Part shown: piece by piece, positions 32,050 to 38,935 of the stretch
Layout: each line of letters starts with the position of its first letter
How positions within the stretch are numbered: the first letter of the stretch is position 1
NCBI RefSeq assembly: GCF_001194135.2
Contig: NC_069000.1
Location: forward strand, 34,513,606-34,552,540
From: Octopus bimaculoides
Lineage: Eukaryota
Length of the DNA: 38,935 nucleotides
Direction of reading: 5' to 3'
Position numbers and translations under genes: made by a program
Notes under the pieces: model-generated
Told to the model about the DNA's origin: nothing
Database searches by the model: none
What the model saw: only the letters and a program-made list of their open reading frames with translations

Positions 32050-32706
32050 TATCTGTTTCAGTCGTCAGATTGTGGCCATGCTGGGGCACCACCTTGAAGA
32101 ATTTTAGTCGACCAAATCACCACAGGATTTTTTTTAAAGCCTTGTACTTACTCTCACAGTCTCTTTTGCCGAACCACTAAATTATGGGGAAGTAAGCACA
32201 TCAACACCAGTTGTTATGCAGTGGTATGGGACAAAGATACGCTCCAGTATGGCCGCAGTCAAATGACTGAAACAAGTAAAAGAGTAATATATATATATAT
32301 ATATATATATATACTCTCTCTCCCTTTTTACTCTTTTTACTTGTTTCAGTCATTTGACTGCAGCCATGCTGGAGCACCGCCTTTAGTTGAGCAAATCAAC
32401 CCCAGAACTTATTCTTTGTAAGCCTAGTACTTATTCTATCGGTCATTTTTGCCGAACCGCTAAGTTACGGGTACGTAAACACACCATCATAGATGTCAAG
32501 CGATGCTGGGAGGACAAGCACAGACACACAAACATATAGACACCCGCATACACATATACATATATATACACATATACGACGGGCTTCTTTCAGTTTCCAT
32601 CTACCAAATCCACTCACAAGGCTTTGGTCGGCCCAAGGTGCCACACAGTGGGACCAAACCCGGGACCATGTGGTTGGGAAGCAAGCTTCTTATCACACAG
32701 CCACAC
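32050..32706. mobile_element. SINE family A cluster: 3' half (-), 3' tip (+, 32241-32287), near-full copy (-, 32329-32706)
   Basis: Diagnostic blocks. Confidence 0.88.
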
Positions 32707-33877
32707 CTAAAATCATGCCGTATGTTTCAAATTATACACAAACACTATGTAACGTACTAGGAAATTTTGTGTGTGTGTGTGTGTGTGCATGCGCATGCGT
32801 ACACATGCATGTATATTCTCAAGGTGCAAGAGGTATTTGAAGACATATTTGCTAATTTAATAAAACAACTTTAATCTAGCAAAAACCAATTGTATTCTAA
32901 GAAACACATGTGCACATGTTCTTGATAAGCTTCTTTTTTATTGGTTTCTTAGAGGAGAGAGGATAAGTCGATTATAGCAACCACAGAGTTCTACTGGTAC
33001 TTNNNNNNNNNNNNNNNNNNNNNNNNNNNNNNNNNNNNNNNNNNNNNNNNNNNNNNNNNNNNNNNNNNNNNNNNNNNNNNNNNNNNNNNNNNNNNNNNNN
33101 NNNNNNNNNNNNNNNNNNNNNNNNNNNNNNNNNNNNNNNNNNNNNNNNNNNNNNNNNNNNNNNNNNNNNNNNNNNNNNNNNNNNNNNNNNNNNNNNNNNN
33201 NNNNNNNNNNNNNNNNNNNNNNNNNNNNNNNNNNNNNNNNNNNNNNNNNNNNNNNNNNNNNNNNNNNNNNNNNNNNNNNNNNNNNNNNNAAACCACCACC
33301 TAACTTTAATTAAATATCAAGATTAGCAAAATTTATCATGACGAGCTTAAATGAAAAAAGAAAGAAAGAAAGGAAATAAAAAACATGTCAATTGTTATCA
33401 TTATTATTTTGAACAAGTGACCATGAAAAATATGCTGAGCTAGCTGGTATTACTCATCTTTATTGAACTATTAACTTGTTTACTAACTTTATCTAAGAGT
33501 CTGTGAAATCACTTTGTGCTCTGGTGAATGCTTACTGACGAGCTATTGTGCTCCCATTAATAAAATAGCCACATTACGTGTGACCAGATAGAATGGGCTG
33601 CAGTCTCTTCTCCCCAACTGTGTGTGTCTTGTATATAAGTTCATCAATTACTCATAAGAAGTTAGCGATCCAGAGCTTGTCCTCAACGTAACTAGAAAGC
33701 GTGTCAGTAAATTTTTTTTTAAGATATACACGCATGCTTTTACTTGATGTCTGAAATATGTTCTTCGCTTTAATTCTTCTAAGTTATTCGTCACAAAAGG
33801 AAATTTAAAGCTGATCTAAAAATAGACTATCACCAAAAGGAAGAAAATAATTAAAAGATATTATTGTTGTTATTGTT

Positions 33878-34946
33878 AAGATGGGAAGCTGACAGTATCA
33901 TTAGCATTCTGGACAAAATGCTTAGCGACATTTCTGCCGATTCTTTAAGTTCTGAGTTCAAATCCCGCCGAGAGCAAATTGCATTTTATACTTTTGGGGT
34001 CAATAAAATAAGTACCAGTTGAACACTGGGGTCGGTATGATCGACTTACCCCTTTCCCCGAAATTGCTGGCCTTGTGCCAAAATTTGAAGCTATTTTTAT
34101 TAAAGGGGGCAAGCTGGCAAAATTGTTAGCACACCGGGCAAGATGCTTAGTGACATTTCTTCTGGGTCTTTGTGGTCTGAGTTCAAATTCCTCCATGGTC
34201 AACTTTGCTTTTCATCCTTTCAGTGTGATGAAATAAGCACCGTTGAGCACTAGGGCTAATACAATTGACTGGCCCCTTTCTCACAAATTTTAGGCATTGT
34301 GCCTGCAGCAGAAAAAATTATTAAGGGGACAAATACCAGTGATTGCAGGGGGTTGATGTAATCGACTTCCACATGCCTCACAATTGCTGGTCTTGTGCCA
34401 GAATAAGAAAGGATTATTATTATTGTTAAGGCACTGAGCTGGTAGAATCATTAACACACCGAACAAAATGCTTAGCAGTATTTCTTCCGGCTCCCCAGTC
34501 TGATAATATTAATGGCTTAAAGTTTTGGCACAAGGCCGGAAATTCCACTGGGGAGGGTTTAGGTCGATTACATCGTCCCCAGTGCTCAACTTGTACTTAT
34601 TTTATTGACCCCGAAAGGATGAAAGACAAAGTTAACCTCTCCAGAATTTAATCTCAAAATGTAGAGAAAGACGAAATACTGCTGTGCATTTCATTCAGCA
34701 CACTAATGATTCTGTCGGCTCACTGCTTTGATAATTATTTCAAATTTTTGCCACAGGGCCAGCTTGGGAGAGGTAGAGATGAGTCAATTACATTGACCCC
34801 AGTGGTCAACTGGTACTTATTTTATCATTCCCAAATGGATAAAAGGCAAAGACGACCCTGGCAGAATTTGTCAGAACATAGCGATGGGCAAAATACTGCT
34901 GAATATTTCGTCCAGCGCGCTAACGATTCTGCCAGCTCACCGCCTT
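33878..34946. mobile_element. SINE family B array: head-to-tail + units (about 33878-34495) followed by - units (about 34515-34946)
   Basis: Repeated heads aag.....agctg.cag.at..ttagc and tails ggccttgtgcc with short ATT linkers. Confidence 0.85.
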
Positions 34947-34980
34947 AAAAATAATAATAATAATAATAATAATAATAATT

Positions 34981-35873
34981 CAGTAGAACAAATTACGGTT
35001 ACAAAATGTTTGACAAGATCATCACATACTTGCTCTATATGGACAATCTGAAGTTATATCCAAAAGGATCTGAAAGGGCTACTAATAACTGTGAAAAAAT
35101 TCAGTGATGACATCAGTATGGAATTCGGCTTTGACAAGTGTGCAAAAGCTTTGTTCAAACATGGTAAACTGACAGGTAATATCACAACCCAAATTAATCA
35201 TGATGCATCTATCAAGGACATGAACCAAGAAGACTTCCATAAGTATCTTGGGATACACGAAGGGAAAGGGATTCAATGTGGATCAATGAAAGAAATCAGG
35301 AAAGAATATTATAGATGTATCAGAATAATCCAGAATACTGAGCTGAACTCTCAGAATAGAATTGCAGCTATAAACTCCCTGGTGGTACCAGTTGTCATCA
35401 ACTGGAATCTGAGTGATGTCTAGCGTATGGACAAAAAGGCCAGGAAACCGCTGACCCTAAACAGGATGCACCACCCAAAATCAGGCGTCTGCAGGTTCTA
35501 TCTTCTACAAAAGAAAAGCAGCAAATGCTTAATCCATCTTGAAACGTCCTATAAAACGACCACGATAGGACTTCAAGTGTACCTCCAAAGTAACACCGAC
35601 TGAACGATACAGCTGGTAAGGCAACATGAATAGAGTAAGAGACTGCACTCAATCTTAAAGGATTATGAAGAAGATAAGGAGGGCACACCACCCACTAAAG
35701 CAGCAAAAAAGTGTAAAACAAAAGCCAAACAGGAAAGCTTGAAGAAAAACCATTGTATGGGCAATACCCTAAACAAGCTGGGGAAGCTGATGTAGATATA
35801 AGAAGAACCCCTCAGTGACTGCAGAGTGTTGGTTTGAAAGCTGAAACAGAAGGATTCATCCTAGCAACACTAG
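34981..35873 (+). mobile_element. R4/Dong-clade (RLE-type) LINE, RT core and thumb fragment, pseudogenised
   Basis: LLYMDNLKLY, KKFSDDISMEFGFDKCA, KYLGI, ELNSQNRIAAINSLVVPV, RMHHPKS, GLKAETEGFILA; 5' flank is (TAA)n. Confidence 0.88.
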
Positions 35874-37070
35874 ACCCTGAAAGGATGAAAGGCAAAGTCG
35901 ACCTGCGCAGAATTTGAACTCAGAACATAGCGATGGGTGAAATACCGCTAAGCATTCTGCCCGGCAAACTAACGATTCTGCCAGCTCGTCGTCTTTTTAA
36001 TGATGATAATGGTAACGATTTCTTACACTTGGCCTCAACTGTAGGACAAGTGTAAATGTATGGTTGATTAGATTAACACTAACGTATAACTGATATTTAA
36101 TCTGTTGATTCCTTTTCTCTCCCGGGGCCAATTAGAAAAAAAAACAAAAACAAAGTTAACACTGGGAAAATTAAAAGCTAAGTAAACACTTAAGCATTTT
36201 CCTGATATTTTGGTATATACATCAGTCTTCTCCTCTACACTCTTTCATGTCACTGACTTCCAGCAATTCCAAGAATTCTAAGGGAAATTCTTGAGACTTG
36301 AGGAAATTTGTTGTCACCAAACCTCAAAATGAAATACTTCCTAAATTAATTAGCATGCAATTTCAAAATAGTAATGGTTTCAAATTTTTGCTCAAGGCCA
36401 GCAATTCCAGGAGAGAGTGTAAGTCGATTATGTCGACGCCAGTGTTCAACTGGTACTTCATTTATCAACCCTGAAAGGATGAAAGGCAAAGTCGGCCTTG
36501 ACGGAATTTGAACTTGGAACTTAGAGATGAACAAAACGTTGCTATGCATTTTAGCCAGGGTGCTAACGATTCTACCAGCTTGCCGCCTTAAATAATAATA
36601 ATAATAATAATGGTTTCAAATTTTGGCACAAGGCCAGCAATTTCGGATGAGGGGGTAAGTTGATTACATTGACCCCAGTGCGTAACTGGTACTAAATTTA
36701 TCGATCCCGAACGGATGAAAGGCAAAGTCGACCTTGGCGGAATTTGAACTCAGAGCATAAATGACGAGAAGAAAAGCTGCTAAGAATTTTGTCCAACATC
36801 CTAACAACTCCGTCAGCTCAGTCCCTTAATAATAACAATATAATAATAATAATCCTTTCTACTATAGGCACAAGGCCTGAAATTTTGCAGGAAAAATGTT
36901 AGTCGATTATATTGACCACCATGTACAACTGGTACTTATTTTATCGGTCTTGAAAGGATGAAAGGTAAAATCGACTTCGTCTTCATTTGAACTCAGAACG
37001 TGAACAGCAGGAAGATATAATCAACCTCTCCCTCCACCAAAATTTTAGGCCTTGTGCCTATAGTAGAAAG
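35873..37070. mobile_element. SINE family B array (mostly -) joined by (TAA)n, with a possible short Dong 3' end at about 36255-36345 (+)
   Basis: Units at about 35873-35992, 36375-36588, 36610-36828 and 36853-37000 (-), 37020-37070 (+ tail); PRILREILET* resembles the R4/Dong terminal ARIL RKVL motif. Confidence 0.8.
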
Positions 37071-37084
37071 GATTATTATTATTA

Positions 37085-37130
<46 letters not shown>

Positions 37131-37167
37131 CATTATTATTATTATTATCATTATTATTATTATTATT

Positions 37168-37745
37168 GATCTGACTCGGGTTCGTTCTTATTCCTTGTAG
37201 AATTTGGTGGATAGCGGGTTACAACCAGTACCCTTAAGTATCCTCAAGCTTTCAATAGTCTTTCAAGTGCTTAGAACCCTCCTGTTAATCTTTCCTGCCC
37301 TTAAGAGGCAAACTTTCTGTAGAATCTCAACAGGGCACTCTGTTCCAATCTCCTTCAACCGTTTGTCTATATCTCTACTCACAGTTCCCAATGCATCAAT
37401 TATTATACACTCAACCTTTACAATTTCCATATTCCAAATTCTTGCAATTTCAAATTTTAAGGGATTTTTTTTTTTTGTTATTGTTTTTCATCTTCTTTCT
37501 TTACGATCCTGGAATCAAACAAGCATAATGGGTCATTTAGTAGCCATTTTTACCTTGGCTATCATTATGTCAGGTCTATTATTTTCTAGCTTCTTGCCCG
37601 TTTGAATAGGACAGTTCTGCAGAATCTTACAATTCTCTAACTCCAGCACTCTTTCGACCCAATGTTCATGCCATGTGTCTCCAGTTTCAAATCGCCATTT
37701 CTGGGCAAAGCTTCCAATGTAAAACTTCTACTATTTGGTTATGCA
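37168..37745 (-). mobile_element. R4/Dong-clade LINE 3' end: restriction-like endonuclease domain and 3' UTR, (TAA)n tail
   Basis: VLHWKLC, WHEHWVERVLELENCKIL..PIQTGKKLENNRPDIMI, FEIARIWNMEIVKV..IIIDALGTVS, ILQKVCLL...INRRVLST*; runs directly into the (TTA)n tract 37070-37167. Confidence 0.88.
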
Positions 37746-37767
37746 GTAATAATAATAATAATAATAA

Positions 37768-38325
37768 TAGTTTCAAATTTTGCCACAAGGGCAGCAATTT
37801 TGGGGGAGGGTGCTAGTTGATTACATCGACCCCAGTGTTCAACTGGTACTTATTTTATCGACCCCGAAAGAATTAAAAGTCGACTTTGGCGGAATTTGAA
37901 CTCAGAAAGTAGCGACGGGCGAAATACCACTTCGTCCAGCGCACTAACGATTCTGCCAGATCGCCGCTTTAATGATGATGATGATGATAATGCAAATCAT
38001 TAGCATGCCCGGAAAAATGCCAAGAGGCATTTTGCCTCTTTTTGCGTTCCGAGTTCAAATTCCGCCGAGGTCGACTTTGCCTGTCATCCTTTCGGGACCG
38101 GTAAAATAACCACCAACCAAGCACTGGGGTCAATGTAATCAACTTACTACTTTCCCCTCATCACCACCACCCCCAAAAATGTCAAACCTCGTGCCTAAAG
38201 CGGAAAGGATTATTTTTATCGGGGGCCGATTAAATAAAGCACCAATCAAATACTGGGTCGTTGATATCGACAACTACCCCTCCCCTCAAAATTGCTGGCC
38301 TCATGACTAAATAGGAAACCATTCC
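37768..38325. mobile_element. SINE family B copies: - (about 37768-37970), + (about 37990-38215), + tail fragment
   Basis: Diagnostic blocks, head-to-head arrangement around a (GAT)n linker. Confidence 0.85.
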
Positions 38326-38609
38326 TATGTGTTTGTAAATAAGCTTCTAGCCTTTGCTGTGCCACCACCACTACCACCACTACCGCCATCATCATTATGA
38401 CTGCTACACATACAGAGAGAGAGAGAGAGAGAGAGATTCCCAGCAGAATACTCTGTTTGCCATAAAGCTATTATAATAGGTCAGTGGTGTCAGAGAATAG
38501 TTTTTAGTTTATTACTAACTCTAATTAGTTCATCTAATTAGATGTTAATTTAGAGATGGGAAAAATTTCTCCATCATTAACGTTATTAATAAAGTTAATT
38601 ATGCAATTT

Positions 38610-38893
38610 AAAACACACACACACATGTACAGATACACACACGTATGGATATTGACACATGCAAACACATAAATATACACAAGCATATCTCTCTCTCTCT
38701 ATCTCTATGTCTCCACACACACACACACGCACATATGTCTATATGTATGTATGTATATGTAAATGTGTATATTTTACAACTAGATACATATATGCATACG
38801 CATATATAGATATATACACACATATATATATATTACATATACATACATACATACACACACATACATATATATTTTTATATAGCTCTCTCTCTC

Positions 38894-38935
<42 letters not shown>
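38610..38935. repeat. Compound (CA)n/(TA)n/(CT)n microsatellite
   Basis: Direct reading. Confidence 0.95.

Larger units (their letters stand above)
3380..33289. other. Fifteen assembly gaps (N-runs), the largest being 3380-3871, 5824-6728, 14381-14931 and 15986-16817
   Basis: Direct reading; most abut microsatellites. Host exons or element cores could be hidden here. Confidence 0.98.

Noticed and set aside
3318-33299. All long ORFs made mainly of X residues
   Set aside because: They are open only because N-gaps contain no stop codons.
37204-37605. 133-aa plus-strand ORF
   Set aside because: Antisense shadow of the Dong RLE domain.
4751-38823. ORFs rich in IY, HT, CV, NNN, MMM or YYY repeats (e.g. 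4751..5055, 6789..7225, 11488..12421, 28050..28724, 36987..37169)
   Set aside because: Translations of microsatellites and SINEs.

Overview
This is not prokaryotic DNA. It is an AT-rich, repeat-saturated animal genomic window from a gapped draft assembly (15 N-runs, roughly 5 kb in total). The SINE families, microsatellites and LINE types look like octopus (coleoid cephalopod) DNA; that assignment is from pattern recognition, not a search. I find no confidently identifiable host protein-coding gene, rRNA, true tRNA or CRISPR array, and most ORF-track entries are artefacts of N-gaps or microsatellites. What can be supported: (1) a fully delimited but inactivated Merlin DNA transposon at 2717-4088, with GG..CC termini, TIRs, a perfect 8-bp TSD and an IS1595/ISXO2-like transposase; (2) a type I hammerhead ribozyme fold at 13233-13288 plus several decayed relatives; (3) remnants of R4/Dong, RTE and probable Penelope retroelements, a Tc1/mariner C-terminus and several MITEs; (4) three tRNA-derived SINE families, one forming head-to-tail chains joined by (TAA)n; (5) a CpG-depleted domain at about 6.7-24.4 kb, bounded by CpG-rich, motif-dense putative regulatory regions at about 5.1-5.6 kb and 26.1-26.4 kb, suggesting the methylated intron-rich body of a gene whose exons I cannot see. 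I do not see a clearly new multi-gene system. The best leads are the hammerhead, the Merlin element with an internal RFX X-box, and the (TAA)n-linked SINE/Dong arrays. Repeat boundaries are approximate unless stated as exact.
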